From NCBI GenBank assembly GCA_963815195.1, contig CAWFGE010000018.1:32001-96000 (forward strand): a stretch of DNA of 64,000 nucleotides. Reading direction: 5' to 3'. This DNA is from an uncultured Planctomycetaceae bacterium. GTDB taxonomy: Bacteria; Planctomycetota; Planctomycetia; Planctomycetales; Planctomycetaceae. Both the position numbers and the translations under genes were made by a program. The notes beneath the pieces are model-generated. The model made no database searches, was not told the origin of the DNA, and saw nothing but the letters and a program-made list of their open reading frames with translations. Shown one piece after another: positions 54,128 through 64,000 of the stretch (its first letter is position 1; each line of letters begins with the position of its first letter).

Positions 54128-55411
54128 ATGCACTCGAATTTGCTCGACCCCAATGCCTGTGTGCTGATCGGCCTCGATTGGGCCGACCGCGAACATGCCG
54201 TCTGCCGGCTGCTTCCCGACGGCGGAACCGAACACCGGCAACTCGAACACACGCCCGAAGCGATTGCCGACTGGCTCGCCGGCCTGCGGAAGCAATTCCC
54301 CGGTCGCCCGATTCGGATCGCGTTGGAGCAAAGCCGCGGCGCGCTGATGAACGCGCTCCGCCGTTTCGCCGACCTGGAACTCGAACTGTATCCCATCAAT
54401 CCCAAGCAGCTGGCCCGCTATCGGGACGCGATTCATCCTTCGGGAGCGAAATCCGATCCAGACGATGCGCAGCTCTTGGCCCGCTTTCTGCAAAACCATC
54501 AGGAGCAACTCCTCCCGTTCGTGGCGGACGATCCCGAAACCCGCCGCCTGGCCGAGTTGTCCGAACTTCGCCGCAAGCTGGTCGATGACCGCAAAACCCT
54601 TGTGCAGAAGCTCGAAGGCACGCTCAAGCTGTATTTTCCGCAACTGCTCGAATGGTGTGCCGGCAAGAGTCGCCAACCCCTGTTGCTCGCCGTGCTTCGC
54701 CGCTGGCCGAGCTTGGGCGATCTTAAGCGGGCTCATCCCAAAACGCTGCGCACGTTCCTCGCCGAGCATGGCCTGCGGAACCCCGACCAGCAAACCGAGT
54801 GGATCGACAACGTCCGCCCCGCCACCCCGTTGACCGAGGATGCCAGTTTGATCGAACCCCGCGCGATGTACGCCCAAAGTCTCGGCCGGCAAATCGAGGA
54901 ACTGAACGAGGCCATTGCCAAATTCGAGAAGCAACTGGACGAGGCGACCGCCGCGCATCCCGACCACGAACTGTTCCGCTCGCTGCCCGGTGCCGGCGAC
55001 GTCCTCACGCCGCGACTCATCGTGGCGATGGGCTCCGACCGGGACCGCTACCAAGACGCCGGGGACGTGCAATCCAAAAGCGGCATCGCCCCGATCACCA
55101 AGCAAAGCGGGAAGACCCGGCTCGTGTTGTCGCGAATCGCCTGCCCCAAATTTCTCCGGCAGACATTCCACGAGTTCGCCGACCAGGCCCGCCGCTGGAG
55201 CGATTGGTCCCGAGCGTTCTATCAAATGAAACGCGCGGCCGGCATGAGCCACCACGCCGCGGTCCGCGCCTTGGCCTTCAAATGGATTCGCATCATCTTT
55301 CGGATGTGGCAAACCGGCACCCCTTACTCGGAAATGAAGTACCAGGAACAACTCACAATCAGAAACAGCCCCGTCTGGAATTTATTGGAAACAACAACAG
55401 AAACCACCTGA
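54128..55411 (+). CDS. IS110 family transposase/recombinase (DEDD RuvC + Tnp20 domain)
   Basis: IGLDW, IALEQ, KSDPDDA, SLPGAG, GIAPITKQSGK (catalytic Ser motif), AVRALAFKWIRII. AGGAG RBS. Confidence 0.96.
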   Translation: MHSNLLDPNACVLIGLDWADREHAVCRLLPDGGTEHRQLEHTPEAIADWLAGLRKQFPGRPIRIALEQSRGALMNALRRFADLELELYPINPKQLARYRDAIHPSGAKSDPDDAQLLARFLQNHQEQLLPFVADDPETRRLAELSELRRKLVDDRKTLVQKLEGTLKLYFPQLLEWCAGKSRQPLLLAVLRRWPSLGDLKRAHPKTLRTFLAEHGLRNPDQQTEWIDNVRPATPLTEDASLIEPRAMYAQSLGRQIEELNEAIAKFEKQLDEATAAHPDHELFRSLPGAGDVLTPRLIVAMGSDRDRYQDAGDVQSKSGIAPITKQSGKTRLVLSRIACPKFLRQTFHEFADQARRWSDWSRAFYQMKRAAGMSHHAAVRALAFKWIRIIFRMWQTGTPYSEMKYQEQLTIRNSPVWNLLETTTETT

Positions 55412-55418
55412 AACCCAC

Positions 55419-55424
55419 TTGAAA
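55419..55424 (+). promoter_or_regulatory. Outward-facing -35 box (TTGAAA) of the IS110 circle-junction promoter
   Basis: In the circular form it lies exactly 17 bp from TAGGAT (53783-53788). Confidence 0.75.
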
Positions 55425-55658
55425 AAACCTCAGATGTCTGGGCTGACAGAGGGCCGGACCTTCGGTCCTTATTTCTCAAATTTGAAACAGTTGAATTTAC
55501 GAACGGTCGAAAAGCTCCGCAAAGACAAATCGTCGTCAACACCAAATTTTTAACGGCCCAGCGCTAGCCCCGGTTCATCGCGCAGGGCGCGTAGTCCCGG
55601 TTCATCGCTGCGCGAACCGGACGCTAGCACATACCGGCTGAGGGACCTTGGATGCCGA

Positions 55659-56770
<1,112 letters not shown>

Positions 56771-56943
56771 TGCGGTGTTCCTTGCGGTGGGAGTTGAATT
56801 GTTATTTGTGCCGGTGACCATGTCCCTCTCCTTGTGTGAAATGCTCCAAAAGAAACAAACGAATAGTATGTTCCTTTACGACTTAACACAAGTGGACATT
56901 CTGGACAAAATTCAAGTTTTTTTGAGAATTCCAAAAAAACCGC

Positions 56944-57496
56944 TCACCCTTTTTCCAAGACCAGCGTGAGATAAGACCGGCGTTCGGAGTTTTCCAGGTT
57001 CCAATGCCTGGCGAGGGACAAAATCGCTTCCTGGGCTTTTTTGCGGTCATTGTCGCCCGCCAGGGTTTCGATTTCCAGGTACCAGCCCAAGCTCTCCACA
57101 TCATCCAGCGTGACTTCCATGTCCCGGCCTTGCCAAGAGAGATGGTAGGGCGTGCGGGTTTTCTTGACGGAGCGGACTTCTGTAAACCCCAGGGCCTCAA
57201 GGAGTTCCGCCATTTGTTCCGCGGTGGCTTGGCCGTCGGCCAGGGAAAGTTCGATCTCGCGGCGGGTTTTGGTGGCCTGATCCAAGACCGGGCCTTTGTA
57301 AGTCAGGCGGGTTTGCTCGCCGGATTGCCTGATCCGAAACGCCTCGTGCGTCTGGCCGAAATCCCGCGCGGGGTGATTGAAATACCGGTCGCACTGCTGG
57401 AGAACCGGCTGCTCCTCGGCCCCGATTTCTTTGAGGGCCGCGAGCAACCGGTCTTTATCCGCCAAGGGAAATTTGAGACTCGATTTCGTAACTCAT
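56944..57496 (-). CDS. cyaB: CYTH domain / class IV adenylate cyclase (1-bp frameshift near the start)
   Basis: MSYEIE(L)KF ExExK motif after removing one base; DRYF, FRIR, LTYKGP, KTRREIE, LEIE, RRSYL. Confidence 0.85.
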
Positions 57497-57846
57497 AAGG
57501 GTTCCGTTTCCGAGGGAGCGGGGGGAGATTCATCCACGGTCACGGCGGGATCGTTCGCCAACCGCCGCAAATGGTCCCAGGTATAAAGACCGGTCTGGTG
57601 GCCGTCGTTCCAGAAAATCTTGAGGGCATAATTCCCGGAGAACTCCAGGTGCATCGGGCGGACTTGCTCGGGGATCTGATCGGTGTCCAACCTGCGGATG
57701 CCGGTGTCTTCATCGACGCACTCCGCGCACGGGCACCGTCCCCGTAGAAATTTGTACGGATAATGATGAGCCGGCCCGTCGGACCAGCGGATTTCCAAGA
57801 AACCCTCATCCTGGTGAGCACGCACTGCGGTGGGGATCGTTGTCAT
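57493..57846 (-). CDS. DUF971 / GBBH-like N-terminal domain protein
   Basis: LEIRWSDG..LRGRCPCAEC..GNYALKIFWNDGHQTGLYTWDHL. Confidence 0.92.
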   Translation of the reverse strand: MTTIPTAVRAHQDEGFLEIRWSDGPAHHYPYKFLRGRCPCAECVDEDTGIRRLDTDQIPEQVRPMHLEFSGNYALKIFWNDGHQTGLYTWDHLRRLANDPAVTVDESPPAPSETEPL

Positions 57847-57850
57847 GGAA

Positions 57851-59440
57851 TCAATCGCGCCAGGGGTGTTTGACTTTGTCCCAATAGGTGTCGAATTCGA
57901 ACTTCGGGCTGTTCTCGTAGTCGTGGCATTTGACGCAGAGGTGGTCCTTGGCGGCGGCTTTGGTGAGTTGGATCTGTTTGCGGGCGGCGATGAGTTTGTC
58001 GTTGTCGACGCTCTCGCGGTCCTTGGCCCAGAGCCGTTCGAGATCGACATGCCCGCTGCCGGGGCCGTGGCAGTTCTCGCATTGCTGGCCTTGCAGCTTG
58101 TGGAACAGTTGCGGCCGGCTCCGCGCGTCGGCCAATTCTTGCGGAAGAAAACCCGAGTCGTAGCGGGTGACTTCCTGGGGGTTCCAGCCGGCGACGTGGC
58201 AGCACAGGCATTCGGGGTCGTGAATCCGCGAAATCGGCCGGCTGTATTGCCCCTTCCGGCCGGTCTTCAACGTTTCATACGCGTGGGCGTGCTTGGTGGA
58301 TTTCCATTTTTCGTAGGCTTTTTTGTGGCATTCCCCGCAGGTGGCGGCTCCGACGTAGGTGCTGTCCGCTCCGCTCACGCCGTCCAGTTGTGCGAAGATC
58401 TCCGCCGCGTTTTGTTTGAGATCTTTTTGATACTCGATCAGAATCGGCTCGATGGATTTCGCGTTCTCGAAGTTCTTATTGTCCAATTCGACGAGTTCGT
58501 ACTGAAACCTTTTCGCCGGCTCCTTCTGGCCGGGAAAGTAAGCCAGGACGCCGACGTATTTGCCTTTCCAGCCGACCTGGATGACCTGCGACTTCCCGAC
58601 GGTTTTGGAATCGTCTTTGCCTTCATCGCCGCCCGCTTCGCAGAGGGCGATTTCGAATTGAGGAAACTGTTTCAAGAGGTCTGCGGTCTCCTCGAAGGTG
58701 GCGTGGGAGAGGAGCACGTTGAAGTCGGTCTTTTCCTCGGCGAGTTCCTGGACGATGCCGGGCAGCACGAGGGCGGGGTTTTTGATGTCCACATCGGCGG
58801 CGGCATTGTCGCCCAGAAGCTTTGCTCTGACCGATTGCCCGACGACCGCCACCACGCCGATCTTCACCGCCCCGACTTCGATGACCTGCCGGCGGACGGG
58901 CATGTCGGGGATTTCGAAGATGGAGACATTCGCCCCCGCCAAGACGGGCCGCACGTCTTCGCCTTGGGGGTTGAGGTAGGTTTGATAGCGGCTGAGCAGC
59001 GTGCCGCCCCTCAGCCGGAGTTCCTCATACCCCAAAGCCATCGTGCGGTAGTCCATTTCGTGGAGGGCTTTCAAGATGGCATCGAACTTGAGCTGGCTTT
59101 GCAGGTTGTCGCGTTTGAGGTCGCCGCCCAGATCGAGCCCCGCGACGGGCCAACCGAGCTTTTTCATCATTTGCATCAAATCGGCCCGGCGGGCCAGGCC
59201 GCCCGATTGGGTTTCCGAGCAGCCGCAGGGTTCGATGTAGCCGTGCTGCTCGCCGGAGAACACCAGCGCGGCGGCGGGTCTTTTCCATTCTTTGAATTTG
59301 AGGGCCGGCGGCTTGGGCGGAGCGGGCGGATCGACGGCGACTTCGTCTTTCCCGCAGCCGGAAACAAACAGCCAGATTCCCGCAGCGCCCGCGACGAGCA
59401 AACCGACCAACGCGAAGACTTTCGACTTTTTTTCCGACAT
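57851..59440 (-). CDS. Multiheme c-type cytochrome (c554-like, 4 CxxCH) fused to an UshA/5'-nucleotidase-like domain
   Basis: GEQHGYIEPCGC..GGLARR, DLGGD, LLSH; heme motifs CGECH, CLCCH, CENCH, CVKCH. Confidence 0.85.
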   Translation of the reverse strand: MSEKKSKVFALVGLLVAGAAGIWLFVSGCGKDEVAVDPPAPPKPPALKFKEWKRPAAALVFSGEQHGYIEPCGCSETQSGGLARRADLMQMMKKLGWPVAGLDLGGDLKRDNLQSQLKFDAILKALHEMDYRTMALGYEELRLRGGTLLSRYQTYLNPQGEDVRPVLAGANVSIFEIPDMPVRRQVIEVGAVKIGVVAVVGQSVRAKLLGDNAAADVDIKNPALVLPGIVQELAEEKTDFNVLLSHATFEETADLLKQFPQFEIALCEAGGDEGKDDSKTVGKSQVIQVGWKGKYVGVLAYFPGQKEPAKRFQYELVELDNKNFENAKSIEPILIEYQKDLKQNAAEIFAQLDGVSGADSTYVGAATCGECHKKAYEKWKSTKHAHAYETLKTGRKGQYSRPISRIHDPECLCCHVAGWNPQEVTRYDSGFLPQELADARSRPQLFHKLQGQQCENCHGPGSGHVDLERLWAKDRESVDNDKLIAARKQIQLTKAAAKDHLCVKCHDYENSPKFEFDTYWDKVKHPWRD

Positions 59441-59630
59441 GCTGACGATCCTTCTTGCTGCCTGACGGGGCCGCCGAGGAAAGGCGGCGTCGCCTCTCCG
59501 TGGCTCAGGCGGTTTGTGCTTGGGGAACAAGGAAGCGGGCGTGTTTCGAAAATTCAGCGCATTGTAGCGGCATCGGCCCCGCTGCGGGAGAGCGATCCCC
59601 GCCGGAACCCCGGTTTTCGCGATTGCCCGT

Positions 59631-60821
59631 TCAGTTCTCGAATGTGGAGACGTACTCGACGTAGAATTTGATTTCCGGCGCGTTCGGGTGATTGGTTTTC
59701 AGGATCACCCGGGCGGCGTTTTTTTGAAGGTGGGATGCCGGCGGACTGCCGGGCTTCACCTGGAAGGTGACCAAAAACGCTTTGTGCGAACTGTTCGAGC
59801 GCGACTCTTGCGGGGCGACCGAAACGCTGAGCGAATCCACGCTGGGTTCGATCTTCTCCACGTGGAATTCCTGACCCTTGGGCATATCGCCGACGACCAT
59901 CGTGTACCAGCCCTCGGCTCCTTTGGCCGCGGGGAACTTGCCCAGGTCGATCGCCATCAAATCGGTCGTCCAGTGGATGCCGGGGTTTGCGGCCCCCTTG
60001 GGAATGAACGGGAAGAGCTGGATCGAGCCCAAAAACGTTCCCGTGATGTCGAGAGGGATCTCTTTGGAGCTTTCGAGATTCGTGTGCACCACGATCTTTT
60101 CCGCGATTTTCCCGACTTTCATGTCCTTCGAATGCAGCGACACGGACACGTGATAGCCGCACTTCGCCCGCCATTCCGCCAACTCGGCGTCCGTCATCGG
60201 CCGGAATGTGGGCTCGACGGCGGGGCTCGACGCATCGATCGATTGGATTTCAAACTTGTCCAGAATCTGGGAATAAATCTCGCCCGTGAGGGTTTCGTTT
60301 TCGCCCCGGCCGATGCTGGGCCGGTTCCAGCCGCTTTCGGGGTGGATCGTCAACAACTCGTGGACGGGACCGGTGACCGTCAAGCGGATGAGCTTGTTGT
60401 CGGGATCGTTCGTGTGGATGGACGCCTCCTGCGTAAAGTCGGGGCCGGAGGATTTCGGGGTCCAGGTGAGTTCCACCTCGGCCTGGGCTCCCTGGGGAAT
60501 CGAGTCCTTCGCGAGATCGCTCAAGGTGCATTTGCAGGTGGTCTCGCCCTTTTTCAGCCGCAGCGGAGCCTCCCCTTCGTTCTTGATGATAAACGTATGC
60601 GACTGCGACGCCCCGACCGACATCGGCTCGAAATGATAGGTTGTTTCGGGGACCACCGCTTTGGGGTAAGGTCCCGTCGCAGAGATTTCCAGGCCTTCCG
60701 AATCCGTTGTCGACTTGGGCGGCGTCACCTGGACCTGGTCCACGCCCCCGGCAATCCAGACAATTCCCCCCACACACGCCCCCGCCACCACGAGAGCCAA
60801 TAACAGCGTGCCCATTTTCAT
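59631..60821 (-). CDS. DUF1573 domain protein
   Basis: N-terminal anchor, HTFIIKNEGEAPL..TTCKCT, IHTNDPDN, LKTNHP. Confidence 0.85.
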   Translation of the reverse strand: MKMGTLLLALVVAGACVGGIVWIAGGVDQVQVTPPKSTTDSEGLEISATGPYPKAVVPETTYHFEPMSVGASQSHTFIIKNEGEAPLRLKKGETTCKCTLSDLAKDSIPQGAQAEVELTWTPKSSGPDFTQEASIHTNDPDNKLIRLTVTGPVHELLTIHPESGWNRPSIGRGENETLTGEIYSQILDKFEIQSIDASSPAVEPTFRPMTDAELAEWRAKCGYHVSVSLHSKDMKVGKIAEKIVVHTNLESSKEIPLDITGTFLGSIQLFPFIPKGAANPGIHWTTDLMAIDLGKFPAAKGAEGWYTMVVGDMPKGQEFHVEKIEPSVDSLSVSVAPQESRSNSSHKAFLVTFQVKPGSPPASHLQKNAARVILKTNHPNAPEIKFYVEYVSTFEN

Positions 60822-61021
60822 GGCAACCCCCACTTTGAAATGAAATCCGCAAGATAGGATGATTCCTTCATTGTAAACAGCAGTCCGCTCCAATCAATCG
60901 CCAGGCCGCGGGGAACTCGCGGAATCGAAAATCCACGCTGCGAATTTCCCACGGGTGGCAATCCGCGGAACCGGCGATAGAATCGAGTTGGTTGATGATT
61001 TCCAAGCAGCGGAGGTTGGCC

Positions 61022-61786
61022 ATGCAAATCGAGGGACGGGCGTTTCTGATCGCGGGCGGGAGTTCCGGTTTGGGAGCCGCCTGCGTTCGGCGGTTGGCGG
61101 AGTCCGGCGGAAAGGTCGTCATCGCCGACGTCAATCCCGCGGGAGAGGCCCTGGCGGAGGAACTGGGCGAGAACGTTCATTTCGAGCAAACCGATGTCAC
61201 AGTGGAATCCGACGTCCGCCGGGCAATCGAAGCCGGCTGCGAGCGGTTCGGCTCGCTGCACGGGGCGGTGATCTGTGCCGGGATCATCCACGCTGAGCGC
61301 ACCGTGGGCCGAAATGGATCCCACGACCTGGACGCCTTCCGCCGAGTCATCGAGGTCAACCTCATCGGCACGTTCAATGTCTGCCGGCTCGCGGCGGAAC
61401 GGCTGTCGAGAGAAGAACCCCAAGAGCACGGCGAGCGGGGCGTGATCGTTATGACCTCCTCGGTGGCCGCGTTCGACGGGCAAATCGGGCAGGCGGCCTA
61501 CGCGGCGTCCAAAGGCGGCGTGGCCAGTCTCGCGCTCCCCTTGGCGCGGGATCTCAGCAAAGTCGGCATCCGCGTCGTCGCGATTGCGCCGGGCGTGTTT
61601 GAAACGCCGATGATGTCCGCCGTCAGCGAGGAGTACCGAAAATCCCTCGCCGAGAACGTGCCCTTTCCCGCCCGTTTGGGTTACCCCAGCGAGTTCGCCG
61701 CGCTCGCGGCCCACATCATCGAAAACCACTATCTCAACGGCGAAACCATCCGCCTCGACGCCGCCCTCCGCATGCCCCCCCGCTGA
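61022..61786 (+). CDS. SDR oxidoreductase (3-hydroxyacyl-CoA dehydrogenase type 2-like)
   Basis: [48 protein letters not shown]. Confidence 0.93.
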   Translation: MQIEGRAFLIAGGSSGLGAACVRRLAESGGKVVIADVNPAGEALAEELGENVHFEQTDVTVESDVRRAIEAGCERFGSLHGAVICAGIIHAERTVGRNGSHDLDAFRRVIEVNLIGTFNVCRLAAERLSREEPQEHGERGVIVMTSSVAAFDGQIGQAAYAASKGGVASLALPLARDLSKVGIRVVAIAPGVFETPMMSAVSEEYRKSLAENVPFPARLGYPSEFAALAAHIIENHYLNGETIRLDAALRMPPR

Positions 61787-61827
61787 CCGAACTTGGCGAC
61801 CCCCGCTGGTGTCACTACACTTAAACA

Positions 61828-61961
61828 GAGGCCAGGGATCGGAGGCCGGAGGTCAGTTTTTTTTCATCAGCAATTCAGTGGAATTTCAGAGGTTGATTGC
61901 GAACAGAAACCAGGTTTCCTTCAAAACTCCCTGACCTCTGGCCCCCGACCTCTGATCTCTG
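61828..61961. repeat. Heptamer-type inverted repeat (AGAGGCC/GGAGGTCAG ... CTGACCTCTG)
   Basis: agaggccagggatcggaggccggaggtcag mirrored by ctgacctctggcccccgacctctgatctctg. Confidence 0.6.
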
Positions 61962-61988
61962 AAATTGGTCATTGGGATTTTCAACAAA

Positions 61989-63092
61989 ATGCGTGTCGTA
62001 CTGGCGATGAGCGGCGGCGTGGACAGTTCCGCGTCGGCGTATCTTCTCAAACAGCAGGGTTACGAGGTCATCGGACTGTTTATGCGGTCGGGTGCCCACG
62101 AAGAGACCGCGTGCGCGACGCCGGACAACCCTCTCGCCATTATCAATTCAAAGAGCCACAAGCAGGGTTGTTGCAGCGCCTCCGATGCCGCCGATGCCCG
62201 CCGCGTCGCCGATGCCTTGGACATTCCGTTTCATGCATTGAACTTTCAGGATGCCTTCGGGCGGATCAAAGATTACTTCGCCGATGAATACCTCGCCGGC
62301 CGCACGCCCAACCCCTGCGTGATGTGCAACAACTGGCTCAAATTCGGCAAGCTGTGGGACTTCGCCCGCCAGGTCGGAGCCGAGCGAATCGCCACCGGGC
62401 ATTATGCGAGATTGATTCCAATGGAAGGCGAAGATCAGCCGGCGTTAATGCGGGGCGAGGATTTGACGAAGGACCAGTCCTACGTGCTGTTTGGAATCCG
62501 CCGGGAACTTTTGAGCAAAATCATCTTCCCCGTCGGCGAAACACGCAAACGCGATCTCCGCGAAATGGCCCGGCAAGTGGGAATCCAAACCGCCGAGAAA
62601 AAAGACAGCCAGGAAATCTGCTTCATTCCCGACCAGGATTACGTCGGCTTCATCAACCGCTACCGCGGCCCCCAGGAAACCGCCGGGGAAATGGTCGACA
62701 CCAGAGGCGAAGTCGTCGGCCATCACGCAGGCTACGAAAACTTTACGATTGGCCAGCGTAAAGGATTGGGAGTGGCCTTTGGTTCCCCCCGGTACGTCGT
62801 CGCCATCGAACCCGAAACCCGCCGCGTGGTCATCGGCGAAAAAGAAGACCTGGCCCAAAGCCACTTGGAAGCCGACCGTCTGAATTGGTTGGTCCCCGAA
62901 GTCCCCCACCGCTTCCGGGCCCTCGCCAAAATCCGCTACCGCCACGACCCCGCGCCCGCCGAAGTTGAACTCTTGAATGACGATAAAATCCGCGTGGAAT
63001 TCGACGCCCCCCAATTCGGCATCGCCCCCGGCCAGGCTGTCGTCTTGTATGATGAAAATCGCGTCCTGGGAGGCGGCTGGATTCTGAATTGA
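61989..63092 (+). CDS. mnmA: tRNA 2-thiouridylase MnmA
   Basis: AMSGGVDSS, GRTPNPCVMCN, IATGHY, KDQSY, DSQEICF, TIGQRKG, APGQAVV. Confidence 0.97.
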   Translation: MRVVLAMSGGVDSSASAYLLKQQGYEVIGLFMRSGAHEETACATPDNPLAIINSKSHKQGCCSASDAADARRVADALDIPFHALNFQDAFGRIKDYFADEYLAGRTPNPCVMCNNWLKFGKLWDFARQVGAERIATGHYARLIPMEGEDQPALMRGEDLTKDQSYVLFGIRRELLSKIIFPVGETRKRDLREMARQVGIQTAEKKDSQEICFIPDQDYVGFINRYRGPQETAGEMVDTRGEVVGHHAGYENFTIGQRKGLGVAFGSPRYVVAIEPETRRVVIGEKEDLAQSHLEADRLNWLVPEVPHRFRALAKIRYRHDPAPAEVELLNDDKIRVEFDAPQFGIAPGQAVVLYDENRVLGGGWILN

Positions 63093-63290
63093 ATGGAACC
63101 ACGAAACACACGAAAAACACGAAAGGCGTTGGGTCCGCTGTGCGGGCCATTTTGCGTTTCGGTCCGCACGGCGGACCCTTCATTATTGCTGCTGGTCGGC
63201 CGAATTTTCGTAGGGTCCGCGTGAGTCAATAAGTCAAAACGGCTGAACCGGTCGTAGCGTGTCGTTTCGCCAACAAATTGAGCCGGACAG

Positions 63291-63740
63291 ATGCCTTTAC
63301 CACAGTTGACGAGTTCCGGGGAATTGCCGTTGGGCGTGCATTCGGCCTCGTTGAAGGAGATCCTCGATCGATTTGGCGGGGGACTCCCTCAAAGGGTTGC
63401 GGTCGGCAAACGATTGGAGCGAATCTACAATTTGGTCAAAGCCACCGGAGAGCTCGCTCGATTCGTCGTTTTTGGCTCATTTGTCACCGACAAAACGGAA
63501 CCAAACGACGTCGATGTATTGATCGTCATGGAGGATGCGTTCGATGCCGGAACTCTCCAAGGCGAAACGGCGTTGGTTTTCGATCACGCCGCTGCAGATG
63601 CGCATTTCGGTGCCAGTGTGTTTTGGGTGCGCCGGTTAGCAGCTTTTGGAGGTGAACAAGCTATGATAGAATACTGGCAAGTGAAACGTGGCGGCGGGAA
63701 GCGCGGCATTGTCGAAATCGTTGAGGAACCCGATGATTAA
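63291..63740 (+). CDS. DUF6932-like minimal nucleotidyltransferase
   Basis: GELPLGVH, FGSFVTDKTEPNDVDV, KRGIVEI. Confidence 0.8.
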   Translation: MPLPQLTSSGELPLGVHSASLKEILDRFGGGLPQRVAVGKRLERIYNLVKATGELARFVVFGSFVTDKTEPNDVDVLIVMEDAFDAGTLQGETALVFDHAAADAHFGASVFWVRRLAAFGGEQAMIEYWQVKRGGGKRGIVEIVEEPDD

Positions 63741-63938
63741 AACCGACCAGGAATTTCAAGCGACGCTCGAACGGATTCAGCAACTTCAATCGCAGTTGCG
63801 CATCTGCGAAAGACGGAAACCAACCCCGCGAATTATCGGTTGTCCGCCTCCGGGTTTCTTTCAGAAATCGACCGCATGCAATTGGAGGTTCGGGAGTATC
63901 TCAGTTCCCTTCCCGCGAAAACGGCCTCGTCCGCCTGA
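63733..63938 (+). CDS. Small helical protein coupled to the nucleotidyltransferase (frameshift near 63800)
   Basis: Manual translation: MIKTDQEFQATLERIQQLQSQL / HLRKTETNPANYRLSASGFLSEIDRMQLEVREYL. Its start overlaps the upstream stop. Confidence 0.65.
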
Positions 63939-64000
63939 GACTTCCCCACCGGTCCCGAATGCGGCGGAAGCGACAGAGTGGCGGGGGTCGATCTGCCGCT

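Larger units (their letters stand above)
53781..55439 (+). mobile_element. IS110 family insertion sequence with CT core
   Basis: Removing 53781-55439 restores the palindrome CCCAGGGCTGCGCCCTGGG. CT is present at both junctions (53779-80, 55438-39). Short sub-terminal IR CTGAGG (53792) / CCTCAG (55428). Confidence 0.92.
53496..55562. mobile_element. Non-autonomous TIR element (MITE-like, ~408 bp without the IS110) inserted into REP family A
   Basis: 27-bp terminal inverted repeats (53496-53522 and 55536-55562, 23/27 identical) flanked by a GCTAG duplication (53491-53495 and 55563-55567). Confidence 0.7.

Noticed and set aside
53496..55562. 27-bp TIRs as the ends of the IS110 itself
   Set aside because: The CT core, the restored REP palindrome, the junction promoter and the donor guides all place the IS110 ends at 53781/55439.

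Overview
High-GC bacterial chromosomal window, most likely Planctomycetota (DUF1549/DUF1553 cytochrome protein, DUF1559 pilin, Cys-insert SpoVG). The left end is a nest of mobile elements: an IS3 interrupted by an IS21, whose istB is cut at the Walker A codons by a large-serine-recombinase element. About 19 kb (9955-29089) is a type IV pilus/T2SS-like locus with two PilB/GspE ATPases, PilT, PilC, five large pilin-like proteins, a ~1670-aa PilX/GspK-like protein and a DUF1559 pilin. The rest is mostly housekeeping and metabolic genes (acnA, S9 peptidase, glnA, spoVG, ispE, rpsA, recA, mnmA) separated by several REP-like palindrome families. The main finding is an IS110 element (53781-55439). 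Its CT core, its circle-junction promoter and a complete two-loop bridge RNA can be read directly from the sequence, with guides matching both the REP target it occupies and its own donor junction. It sits in a REP inside a small TIR element that is itself inserted into another REP. About 13 genes carry frameshifts that look like long-read consensus errors. All family assignments come from motif recognition by eye, not database searches.
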